The notes under the pieces: model-generated | Database searches by the model: none | What the model saw: the letters and a program-made list of their open reading frames with translations, nothing else | Told to the model about the DNA's origin: nothing | Translations under genes and position numbers: made by a program | From: Schmidtea polychroa | Lineage: Eukaryota | DNA length: 64,000 nt | Reading direction: 5' to 3' | Assembly: GCA_044892525.1 (NCBI GenBank) | Contig: CM097885.1 | Coordinates: 43,152,001-43,216,000, forward strand | In this document: positions 22,980 through 34,910 of the stretch, one piece after another | Position numbering within the stretch: position 1 is the first letter of the stretch | How the letters are laid out: each line of letters begins with the position of its first letter

Positions 22980-23860
22980 TATGTCTATTTGAATGATCTC
23001 GAAAACTTAGCACCTTTGGTCAAGAAAGATAACTAGAGCATACTTAAAAGCGCATTCATCACGGGTTTTCCAGCAGTGTCGTCACAACAGTTACAATCCA
23101 ATGCCAATATTCAGCTGATGTCTCTTGTTGAGTTCTTGAAACAGTCCCGTGTTTTAGTAAACTGTGAGAGTATGGAACTGTGATGGGAAAGCAAGACTAG
23201 CAAAAAAAATACTTGTATTGTGAAAAGAATGGTCATCTAGAAGAACGTTGTTTCAAGAAACAAGGAAAGAAGTGTTGGCTATGTGATGAAGAGGACCACA
23301 TTGCAAAGGAGTGACCAGGAATTCAGAGTTGGGAAATGCCAAAGGAGTAGCGCGTGCGCTATTGTCTACTCTAGAACGAATATAATAGCGCTGCAGTTTA
23401 TTTCAGTCATAAGCAATGGGGAGTCCGTGAAAGCATTGATCGACTCAAGATATTTAAAATCAGTTGAATCAGCCAGTATTGCGAAGAAGCGATTTTTATG
23501 GAATGGAAGTGGAATGAATTGGCTGAGGAACCTAACGACTACGAGTTAGAAATGCATGACCCAAGAGATGAAGGTATAAATGACGAGCAAAACGAAAATA
23601 CGATTGAAGAGGTAGACGAAAATGATGCAGCAAATCAGGAAACTAACAATATAACTGACGAGCTACCAGTGATTGAAAGAGTGAAAAGTGATTCGAATTT
23701 TGTAGAAGCGGAAGGTAAATTGAATAATAGAAAGCGGCGTAAAAGCGAATTAATGGGTGAAAACGAAGAGAACGATAGAACAGATTCCAATGTGGTTGAG
23801 AAAACGGATCTAAAGAATATATCTCAAAAAGAATCAATGTTGAAGTGGATCGTTTGACAA
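22980..23860 (+). mobile_element. LTR retrotransposon gag/protease remnant
   Basis: CWLCDEEDHIAKE* zinc knuckle (~23274-23315), then GESVKALIDS protease-like motif and an acidic stretch. Confidence 0.65.
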
Positions 23861-24248
23861 TTAGCTCCTATCTCGGAGCAAACAAACTGTGATAAATTTT
23901 AACTTCCTTTAACTCGATTCGAATGTTGATCGATGGAATATTTTCAATTGAACTGTAATGATAAAACTGATATATGGGCAATCTAAATCATTAAACATTA
24001 TGCATGTTAAATTAAAGACGAAGTTTAAATAAAATTGGTAATAATCTCAAAATTTTAATATTTTAAATATTTATCAATTCAATAAAATTATTAATATTCT
24101 AAATATTTTATTATGACTCAAATAAAATTAAAAATAATAATTCTTGAACTTACATTTTCGAATAAGCATATTTCGAGGGCGAAATTTTTTTTAAGGGAGA
24201 TGTGTTGATGTTTGAATGTAAATTATTAAATTATATAGTTCAGGTTAA

Positions 24249-26898
24249 CCCTTTAATGCATGGAATTGTATGTTGAGGTTTTTTCAAGTTTTTTCACTTA
24301 AATATTATTCCTCGGAGTATCCTCATGGACAATTGTGCCTCGATGAGTAAATAGAACGCATTTGAGTACACTTATTCGTTGGACTTTAATGTAAGTCAGC
24401 ATGCATTAAGGGTAGCAATAACAACAAGTAAAGGGAAACACTTAACAATGCATCCAGAAAAGTCTGTGAGTGTAGTAGAACATAAACAACAGTCAATTAA
24501 TGTGATAGTCATAAAAGCAGTTGCGATCATGAGTCAAGCAGAGGTTAACGTCGGATTTCGAGCATTTCACCATAGTGCGTCCAACTTTTTCTTTCCTGAG
24601 ATCCATACATAGTCGACACTTTTGCTGGTTAGAAAGATAAATTGGCCAATGTCCAATTCCATCGTGTCTGATGTCTTCAACTGGCGTGAAGGATCTTTTT
24701 CTCTTATTTTGAGACACAGTTTTACCCACAGAGAGGAAGCAATCGGCAGCCTCTGTTACGAATTTCAACACAGTGTATCGCTTCTTCTTGGATGTTTTCA
24801 ATCGCTTTTCTTGATCTCGGTGAAGAATCCAAGCGTTTACTACCATCACATTTAATGTGTAAAAAAAGAGATGAAGATACCACTTGCGAGTTTTTAAAGT
24901 CACCCGATACAACGATACCAACATATCATGCAAATCCACTCCACCCATGTGTTTGTTGTACACTTGTACAATTTTGGGGCAGTCGACTTTCACACGCTCT
25001 TTCTTTTCTGCGTTGTATCGGTCACATTGTTTTCCCAAATCCGCATTCAGGTAATTGCTGGCCAGCTGAACGACGCCAGAATCCATCCACCGCAATACCA
25101 GAACGTTGGAATTTTCTTCTACTCGCCAATCAATACTCACTCTTCCATGTTTTTTAAGAGCAGTCTCTTTCTCCAAAAACTTGTCACAACCTTTTGTGCG
25201 GTTCTTTCGAATAGCGCACACCGTCCATAGGTTCAATTGACGCAGTTGTATTAGAAGAGGTATACTGCTGAAGTAATTATCAAAGTATAACTTGTAATTT
25301 GTCGCGCTTGTTGGAAGGGTGTTACAAAGTTTTAACACAACATCTCCACCAATCCCAAAAGCGCTGTGGTGGGCATTTGCCTTCCCTGTGTAAATTTCAA
25401 AATCGAATAACAATCCGTTTACACCACAGCGAGCCCAAACCTTAATTCCCCACTTGGAAGGCTTATTAGGAAGGTATTGCCTCACCGGATTACGTGACTT
25501 TGTTGGTATCATCTGCTCGTCAATAGCCTGATGCTCCGTGTTTCGCAAACTGAGGCATACTTTACGAATGTAATCAAGGAGGGGTCGTGCTTTATACAGT
25601 TTATCATAATGTGGGCTTTCACGGTTAGGTAACAGGGCGTTGTCGTTGAAATGCAAAAATCTTTTGATTTCGTCAAAGCGGTTAATAGTCATTGAATTGG
25701 CAATTCGGGGAACGAATGTACTCGGACTCCAATACATACGGTTTTGAGGCAGTCTGAATACCCCCATCAGCAGAAGTATCCCTGAAATGCGATAAGAAAT
25801 ACATTGCACGAGTCAATGAATATAAACAATCTGCAGTCCGCTTACCTATAAATCTTTCCACTTCATCATTGGTAATATACGCAGATTTGTCAGTCTGCTG
25901 AACAGAGTACATGTTTGATTGTGCCACAATCAAACTGATAAGCTCGTTGGTGAAAAATCTTTTGGCAAAGTCGTAAGGAGAGTACATATCATTATCTTCT
26001 TCATGATCATCATTCTGCATGTCCTCAAACATCGTATTCTGCTCAGCTGGAGCATGCTTCCTCCATCTATATTCCTCACGCAGTGTTTCATATAGATCTT
26101 CTTCAGGCGCCTCTTCATTTTCATCTTCATCTATATCCACCAACTCGTACTCAGCAAGGTGTTGTGCCTCAACATCTATCAGCTCTTCCTCCTCTTTATC
26201 GCCACTAATGTCACTTATTTCAGCTGTTGGTAATACCAAATGCGTATCAGCAACTCGCTTCTTCTTTTCGAATCGCATTTGAGCTATACTTTTAGCTTTA
26301 CGTTGTGGAGGTTTCATTTGCCTGCAATAAGTAAAAGTAATTCGTAAAATTTAATTTGAAATATGCAAATAGTATGTAAACAATAAAATATGAATGGTCC
26401 GAAATTATTTTTAGGGTTGGGTTTGGGGGTTAGGGGACTCCCTACCACCCACCCCCTAATGTATGAGTTTATGTAAAAGATAAAGAAAGTATGAATTACT
26501 GGTTTTTAATTACCCCTTAATGCATGCTGACTTATATTAAAGTCCATCAGTAAAACATTGCATTCCAACAAATGCGCCGTTTAATTTTTTTGGAATTACT
26601 TTAATTTGTCTTACAGCAGCTTTAGAATTCATAATAACATGACAATAAATCATTCTTACCTATACAAATCCACGTAAACAGCGTTTTAAAATTTTCCAAA
26701 ATTTTACATTAATTAAACAAATGTTAATCATAAAATATTATATAAAAAATGATTATCTGTCCTACATATCGTTACTTCATGTTGTACTATCCCCATACTT
26801 AATATACAACACATTTTCTGCTTTGTCACATCATCATGGATATGTTTTACGAGTCATTTCTTCATGGACTTTTATTTAAGTCCATATGCATTAAAGGG
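24249..26898 (-). mobile_element. Full-length piggyBac DNA transposon, 2650 bp
   Basis: TTAA on both sides (24245-48, 26899-902); 13-bp TIR CCCTTTAATGCAT; 33-bp internal IR 24380-24412 / 26514-26546. Confidence 0.97.
24493..26317 (-). CDS. piggyBac (PGBD3-like) transposase, 2 exons, 586 aa
   Basis: Exons 26317-25846 and 25781-24493 joined over a 64-bp GTAAGC...TTTCAG intron give ERFIG|ILLLMG in frame; DDD triad AIDEQMIP, LYFDNYF, GGVDLHD; Cys-rich C-terminus. Confidence 0.92.
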
Positions 26899-27586
26899 TT
26901 AAAAGGAAAACCGAAATTGAATGGCGGTCAAGCAGAGAAGCAATGGCAAAGAAAGATATGATAGAAACAGAACTATAAAAGGGTACAATTAGACATAAAA
27001 TTGAAAAATGCGCAAACCTGAGGAAGTGGAATAAAGTGAAAAGTTATCGAAATTGAAGCTGGAAAACGGGAGAGGGGTAGATTAGGGGATGGTCAGGAAG
27101 ACAGTGAGCAAGAAATTGTTAGAAAATGTTTAGAAAGGGTCGTAAAACAGGCAAATAAAAAACACAAAATATTAATTAATTAATACTTTTGGCTAAGGGG
27201 AAACCCGAGCTAATGGGAAGTCCGAGCCAATGGAAAACCCGACATTAGAAACCGACATTAAGAGTTTGAGGAATAGAATAAAAGAAGAAAAAGAATTATA
27301 GGAAAAACTGAAGAGTTAGACAAGGAGCGTCAAAAATGATTGAATCAGAGAGTGGAACTAAATCAAAAGGTGAAACTTAATTTTTTAATCGTACAAGGTT
27401 GAGACCTTCCAGAGCGGAGTCCGATCTGAAATTGCGTGAGAATTGTGGTTGACCAGCTGTGTAATTAATTGTGAGAGCTGTAAATTTTTATAAAACAAAT
27501 ATACGTTGGGAGTTTGTGTTTATTGATTTTGGAACACGTGGCGTCAGAGTAGCCAACGGTTGATTTTGATATCATAAAACCCAACA

Positions 27587-27589
<3 letters not shown>

Positions 27590-27633
<44 letters not shown>
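27590..27633. repeat. (TA)22 microsatellite; C14 run at 27667-27680
   Basis: Direct reading. Confidence 0.95.
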
Positions 27634-27641
<8 letters not shown>

Positions 27642-27859
27642 CATCATATATTCCATTTTCTCTTAACCCCCCCCCCCCCCTAAGTTAAATAATAATGGGA
27701 TCCAATGTTATAATTATTAATATAGATGATATATATGCTAAATTTTCGAGTTCAAGTTCTATTTTTCCATCTCAAATCCAAGGTTATATAAGGCTAGCAA
27801 ACAACTCTATTGTTGAATGCATTATAATATAACCAACAAGTCGATCGTCAATCTCTCGC

Positions 27860-28162
27860 AATGTCTGCGAAAAATTCCGTTTACTACCGTGACAAGCCAG
27901 AAAATCTGAAGAAGAATTTTGGAAATATGTCAGAAGAGAAAAATATTCCAATGTCACCAAATGTGGCAAATATATCGTTTCTTGCTTCGGATCTACATAT
28001 CTTTGCGAATCGGCATTTTCATACTTGAAGCTAACGAAGACTAAACAACGTTCTGTCCAGTCTGATTCCCATACAGAAAACTCATTATTAATATCTTTGT
28101 CGGGATATACACCTGATTATGATTCCTTGGTTAGAGACATGCAAATTCAGTCTTCCCATTAA
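27860..28162 (+). mobile_element. hAT transposase C-terminal dimerisation fragment (GTF2IRD2/SPIN-like)
   Basis: CFGSTYLCESAFSYLKLTKTKQRS...YTPDYDSLVRDMQIQSSH*. Confidence 0.85.
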
Positions 28163-28773
28163 TGTTAAGGGAACAAAGGAAATTCTAAATCTGCATTTAA
28201 CTGTGGCTACTTTGAATTAATAAATATTGTAAATAATTATAGACGTTCTTTTAATTCCCCTGGATGTGAGTATTTGCCCTTTTAAATAATTATTGTTGAT
28301 GTTTTTTTACGTAGGTAGATAAGCCGTATATCTATATTTCAGTACGAGATGTACTTACGACCTATTGATCAATTAGCAAAAGTAAGTCATATTATATTCT
28401 CGTGAAAAATTTTCTTGACCCAAAAGAACAAGAAAATGAAATATTGTAATCAAATTATCAGCCATATTGTGCATTTTTATAACAACTTTTTATTATTTAC
28501 AAACATTACAATAATTATACATTGCAGTTGATAAAAAAACTAAATTTGCATTTTATGTTAGCAAAAATATATCTCGAAAAAGTTTTGTAAAATCAAATTT
28601 TTTAGGTACCTCATGTACGGAATGTGCTATCAAAAGTTTATTCTGGGAATTTATTTTATTCGGGAGCCTAAATCTCGAAAACTGATAAGTGATTTGAAAA
28701 TAAAAATAGGTTTGAACATATATTTTACGTATCTACCCATACCTCGCTAGAATACACCATATGCTGAAATACA

Positions 28774-29498
28774 GTGTACAAATATAGTATGCATTACACA
28801 CCCAATATGACAATAAGTCGATCTCGGCACACTCTTAACAAAAAAGTAGATCTTGTATGCAAAAAAAGTTGGTTACCCCTGCATTATATGGCAGATGATG
28901 ATAAAACTAGCAAACCTCATAATTTCAAAGTGAGAGATAAGGTTAGACTTATGTCACCACATGTAGAAAAGCAAAACAACTAAATTAGCAAGACCATTTA
29001 AAGGATCATACGAGGTAGTAAAGGTAGTACAGGAAAATCTGCATCTACAAAAACACAAAAATGAGGATCCTAGAATTCAAAGGGAAAACTATGGATTATG
29101 ACAAAAAAATCACACCCCGGACAGAGGTCTTACACTACTTCCTGAAAAAAACGGTAGCAAATAAAGAAAATATTGTTGGCAACGAGGACGAATATCAGGC
29201 ACTTGTAGATATACAAAAATTGCTATGCGGAAAGATAATGGCAGGGTACGAGATCATGAACAACCTAAAAGCCCTAACTCTAGATTTGGACAATGTGATG
29301 GGAGTAAGAGAAATAGCAAATGATGCATTCTTGATATTATTCGTAAAGAACGTACCTCCTCACAAAATCAAGTTATCAAATCTGGGCTACCAAGTCATTA
29401 AACACCACAAAAGGTGGTACAAAGACAAATCAGTGAACAAAATACTAAAGAAACCAGAACTATTATATTTTTTAATAAAATGTTTTATATATTATTGA
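28774..29498 (+). mobile_element. LTR retrotransposon integrase tail plus a 145-aa ORF of unknown function
   Basis: HNFKVRDKVRL...(K)LARPFKGSYEVVKV (~FKVGD.V..KL...F.GPY.V). Confidence 0.55.
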
Positions 29499-30255
29499 GT
29501 AGTTTGTTAGCTTTATTTAATATACGGTTTGGGATATATCTTTCCTTGTAGATATTTAATATTGTTACAAAAGGGTAAATTAATAATTACAGAAAAATAA
29601 TTAGTATTATAAAATAATTAAGTTAAATTACAGAAAAATAATTAGTATGATATTTTAAAATAATTAAATATTATTAGAAATAATATTAATATAATTGCAC
29701 GCAATCTGTGAGTGAAAAAATATTAATATTATTATAACAGAGTATTAAATTAAAAAAACAATTGTAAAATATATTAAATTTATTTAACAATATTATTATT
29801 TAACCTTAACAATAATCAGAACAATCGCCCAAAAATTAAAGTTCAAGACTCTTATTCGAAGTTAATCCTGAGAATATCATAAAATCAGAATCAGACAGAA
29901 ACGATTCACATTTTGACCATACTTACTAAGACCCAACATAAAACAAAACACATATTATCTTGCAAGCAGTTCGAAAGAAGTAATTAAAGTAAAGAAATCA
30001 TCAAGTGTTAATAATTGTTCTAGTTAATTGTGCAAATTATTAAAGAACTGAAATTGTTTATTCTCGGTAAATTTTATTTTTATTTATTTATTTATTTAAG
30101 AACCAGTAAGGTTGAGTGTATAGAATATTGAGACCACAACACTATCGTTATCAGTACCACTCAAAATGATGAGGATTTTTATTAAATACATTTTATTTTT
30201 GTCGTGATAATTTTTATGTCTTGTTAGTATAGGTCTTTAGTAATTAAATATTTGG

Positions 30256-30302
30256 TTCCTATGATAAGTCGAGCTTAATAGAAGAAATCATGGATTTGGA
30301 AG
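30256..30302 (+). other. 47-bp inverted copy of the cyclin CDS segment 30995-31041
   Basis: TTCCTATGATAAGTCGAGCTTAATAGAAGAAATCATGGATTTGGAAG matches the cyclin sense strand with 1 mismatch. Confidence 0.9.
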
Positions 30303-30602
30303 AGTTAAAAGTACAAAGAAAGTGCAAAGAAAGTAATTAAGAAATACTAATTGAAGACAGAGAATTATAATTACTATTATTATTATTATTATTATTGTTT
30401 CATTAAAATTTGTATCTAAAATTATCTTTAAAAATTAATTCATAAAAATTTTCATTTCTCGAAAGCCGATGATTTTTCAAAATATTTGTTAATAATTTTA
30501 AAATTCTTATTTTAATTTAAATCAAGTGGAAATATAGCTGAAATTATATTTGAAAATGAAGATCTTCTAAATTTGCACTGTGCTTGTTGTTTTGATAGTT
30601 TT

Positions 30603-31280
30603 TTAAGTTTTAACAATTGATCTGTTAATAAATCTGAAAATCTTTTCTTTTAATTCTGTTGGTAGAGATTTAACATCGGCCTGGTAGACATTAAATAAAT
30701 CTTGAAGTCGGCTCAATGTCATGTCACTTTTGATATGCTGGAACCATTTTTTTGAATTCAAGTCTTCTAATGTTAAGAAGTTGATGTTTAGAAAAATGAA
30801 AACACTCAAAGTCAACGTTTCGTTATCAGCATACGTCGATTTCATATTTGTGACATACAGAATACTTTTCCATAACGATTGTATACGTTCAACGACTTCC
30901 ACGGACAAATCATAGGTCTTTCCAAATGAGTGCAATAGATTCAAGCCGGAAGAATAGTTCAAATTATTAAAATTTATGTACATTATTATCAAGCCTTCCA
31001 AATCCATGATTTCTTCTATTAAGCTCGACGTATCATAGGAAATATTACTTGGAAAGGCGCAAATAATTATTTCTCTAACATGAATATTCTTTTCTAAATA
31101 TTTACATCCTAAATGAATACAAGCTATCGCCAAATTTACTGGGGGAGGTTCAGTCAAATGGGAGTTACAAAATTTCATCATTATGCATATTGCTGAATCA
31201 ATTATATCCAAACGTAGATTCAAGAGAGCTCCAAGATGCTGAATAAATGCGACTATAGAAACTTTTAATTTTTGATCCAT
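30603..31280 (-). CDS. Cyclin-fold protein of the transcriptional cyclin group (K/T/L/Q-like), copy A, 225 aa
   Basis: AFIQHLGALLNL...SAI..M.KF...LAIACIHLGCKYLEKNIHVREII fits cyclin box 1; subfamily not resolvable. Confidence 0.75.
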   Translation of the reverse strand: MDQKLKVSIVAFIQHLGALLNLRLDIIDSAICIMMKFCNSHLTEPPPVNLAIACIHLGCKYLEKNIHVREIIICAFPSNISYDTSSLIEEIMDLEGLIIMYINFNNLNYSSGLNLLHSFGKTYDLSVEVVERIQSLWKSILYVTNMKSTYADNETLTLSVFIFLNINFLTLEDLNSKKWFQHIKSDMTLSRLQDLFNVYQADVKSLPTELKEKIFRFINRSIVKT

Positions 31281-33199
31281 TTACTTATTTTAAAAATATT
31301 TTAAAATACATTGTGACATTTACTTATATTTTTGGAATTATTATCCAATAGAAATAATTTGAATATTTTAATTTTAAATAATAAATAGTTTTTAACTATT
31401 TTTAAAACAACATCAATTTTAGCAAAATTAATTATCTTGTAATCTTTACATTAAATACTTTTTAGATATATCTTTCGATTTCAATTCCAATGCTCAGATT
31501 TACAAAACGCATTATAGCATGAAAGAAACATAAAAATAACACGAATAAATAACAGAGTAAATGACGGATTCTAATTCTTGACTATAAAAGTAAAGAGAAG
31601 TTAGAAATAAAATATTTATAAAAAATAACACCAAAAAATAACGGAGAAATCAAAATTAAATAAAAGTTATAGTGAAAAAACGATAAAAAAGATGCGAGAA
31701 AATGTCAAAACTCAACATGGCGTCGAAAGTAGTAAAAGTTAAATAAAAAAGGAAAAATAAGAATTAAATAAATATTATTTAGATCGAAATCGCCAGAAAA
31801 GATGATAAAATTAAATCCAAAAATAAAATAAAAAAAATCAAAAAATAATTAAAATTAAAAGAATTCGAATTTGTTTAATCGAGTCAATTGAGACACATAC
31901 TAGCGTACAAAAAAAGGAAACGTATTTTAGTCAGAATTTAATCATTTTTGAAAACAAAAATTGCTACAAGATTTTCCAAATTTATTTTATGTCTGACTTT
32001 TGAAAAGTTTGTTAAGAAGCAGACAGTAAGAATTTCGTTAAGTTTGTAGTCATTATGTATTCGTCATATTGTATTTATTCATTATTAAAACTTTTGATGA
32101 AAGCAATACTTTTGTTTAAAATTTTTACTATCTTTTATTTTTCTCATATGGAATCATTTTCTTTAAATACCTTAATTATTTCTAGGAAACTTTTTTAGCG
32201 CACATATAACAAGTTCGGGAGCACAACTGGACAGGATAACTTATATAGACAAGATTGTGGAGTCGGTCTAGGCTTTTTAGTCTAGCAGTGAAGCCGAATT
32301 ATCAGTGAGCTATGTGCAGCGAACAATCTAAAATCATGACTTGACAAATAGATCTGATTTCACCATATAGTTTCTTTAATAGTGACTATATATTGAATAT
32401 TTTACAAATAATGCAATATTATCGGGTATTTTTCCTGTGGTTTTCCTATTGGTAACGTCACATTTTGTCTAACTATAAAATCATTTTCCAGGGCTAAATA
32501 TCGTCCACAATTACTTGAAACAGTTCTTAGAGAAGAAAATGCGGAAGGAAAAAAATTATATATCTTCAATAGAAAAATAATTTCAAATGCGCTTTAACAT
32601 CTGATTTATTAAAATGTATAGATGGAATGCTTTCTAAGATGATGAGTAAAATTTAAGGAATGAAAAACATTTACAAATTGATGTAATTATAATTAGAGTG
32701 TATTTAAAGTTGCTTAAAGGTGTTGATATTTCTCGATTAGATTATAATAAGTCTTTGGTTGTAATTTCCAAAAAGAAACAAATTGAGAAATGAATGCAAA
32801 ATAGACATTCTTTTCATGCTCGGCGACTTTAACAATGCATTAAAAAACAGGAAACTACGATGATTTTTATTAGGTTTGGTATGATTCTGTTGGGTTATTG
32901 GTGAAATTTATATTTAATGAACTATTTCTCTAACTCCAAGCGTGCCTTTCGTTTTCACACAAATAACAATTGACAATGAAAATTTTATTGAATATCACAA
33001 ATATTTTCACAATGATAAAATGGCTCCTCAAGCTAATTATCGATTAGAGTGCTTATTACAACACTATGGTGAAGAACATCACACTCGTATAACCTTGATT
33101 TGACAAATCTCTCAACTGAGGTTTTTAACAATTGGTAATTTAAGTGGTTTTTTCTAGTTTGACTTGGATTTACTTTCCGAACTTTACTCTATTATTAAC

Positions 33200-33700
33200 T
33201 GAATAAGTTCCTGCTGCTTATCCATTTATTTCTGTTTTTCCATTAAGTTTCTCTGCTTCAATTCTCCAAATAAATGTCTTCGTATAATTCTATCCTTTGT
33301 TCCAATATTGTGTCTCAAATCTTCTGTCGCAACTCTGTTACACAATATTCTGACTCAAGTGGTTCCTCTTAAATATTCTTCTTAAACAGTTCTGTCGTAA
33401 ATTCTTCAATTTTTCTACCTCGTCCCTTTGTGGCACTTCACTTTATATTTAATTTCCCATTTTTCCTCCAACATAATTCGGTGACTTTTTCCTGCACTAG
33501 AGTTATCTTTGACAACTCTCAATATAGTTCCCCTTTACCACTCCTTTCTTTTCGTTCCCTTAATCTTTGACAAGCTGTCGAGATAAGTGCATTATTGCTG
33601 TTTCTGTTTTCCGGATTTTGAAATTCTTTTCCTTTTGTATTAATTAATTATTACCTTAATTTAAATTCCTTATTTGCTTTCTCACTTCTCATTTCTTTTT
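33200..33700 (-). mobile_element. Degraded RTE-like LINE ORF2 C-terminal fragment
   Basis: NCLRRIF and RHLFGELKQ resemble RCLRRIL / LL.GEL. Confidence 0.35.
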
Positions 33701-34361
33701 ACTTCAGTTTTCCGAGTTCCCCTTTGTCATGATGATTTCCCACGAAGTAATTTTATTTATTCATAAATTTGTTATTTAGGTATCGTCAACAATTCTTTTT
33801 ATTAAGTTTAGGATTTTGACATAAAGTTCATTACAGGCAGATTTTTAGTTTTAAGATTTTTAAATGGAGTATAATTAGTTTTTTTTGTGGAACTTAGATT
33901 TTAATACTCTTACTAGGTAAGTTTAAAATCGTTATTACTCAAGCATATTTTCATTGTGTGAAATCAAGAAATATATATATCCACGTGACAATTTTGCAGT
34001 ATCTTGAAAGATTAGAAAATTACGTCTATTGGGATATGCTTGTCCTGCAAAAAATCAATAACTGGTGGATTACTAGGATTCTTAAAAACAAATATTGAAC
34101 ATTAAAATTACGTGTTCGATGTGCACTACCTGGACGAAAAAGGTTTGATTTATAGAAATAACAGTAACTTCAACATGTCTACTGATTTTTGTAAATAAAT
34201 TATTTTCTTTATTATGTTACAACTGATTTTGATCCCAAGTGGTTGAAACGTGACTGAAAGGCGTTGGGACATAGAATGCAGAAACAACAGAAGCGTGTAA
34301 TCAGCAATAAATGTTACATAATCAAAATATGAATATTACACAATGACCACAAAACCATTAA

Positions 34362-34530
34362 CCACTTAATGTACACATTTATTTTGAATTTTGTGTCAAA
34401 AACTTATTTCTATACGAATATTAAAACTCCTAAGTAAATATGTATAATGTTCGCCCGTCTATGTCACGGGCGCGTACAAAATTGCCAGTAAGATGCGCCC
34501 GTATATGTCATGGGCACGTACATTAAGTGG
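34362..34530. mobile_element. piggyBac-type MITE, 169 bp
   Basis: TTAA on both sides; 13-bp TIR CCACTTAATGTAC; internal 2x CGCCCGT.TATGTCA.GGGC.CGTACA. Confidence 0.85.
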
Positions 34531-34545
34531 TTAAGAAAAAACTAA

Positions 34546-34689
34546 GGGCCATCCATAAAGTACGTTACGCTCCAGAGGGGATTCAGACCACCTTTGACGT
34601 CACTTTAGTGGAGGGATCCAAGATTTATGACATGGGAGGGAGGGGTTGAAAATGGTGAAAAAAAGTGTGAGGTACTTTATGGACGGCCC
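34546..34689. mobile_element. MITE with GGGCCATCCATAAAGTAC TIRs (Zator- or PIF-like)
   Basis: Left GGGCCATCCATAAAGTAC, right GTACTTTATGGACGGCCC; resembles TIR of the 37064 element; TSD ambiguous. Confidence 0.75.
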
Positions 34690-34910
34690 CCAAATTGATA
34701 TACAAAATAACGAGACTACCAAATAAATAGGTTTTATTATTAAAGCAAATTATTCGAATACAAAGATAGAAAAGGAATGAAACTCTTCCTATACATTGCT
34801 GAAGCTTGGCTAACATTAATTGGATTATAGAAACATAGAAAAATATTGACTTCCAAAGCATTTGATCTAGGGATTCTGTAAATTTCAACATTCATCATTG
34901 GATGAATTAA

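Noticed and set aside
24379-25230. Plus-strand ORFs inside the piggyBac
   Set aside because: Antisense shadows of the transposase
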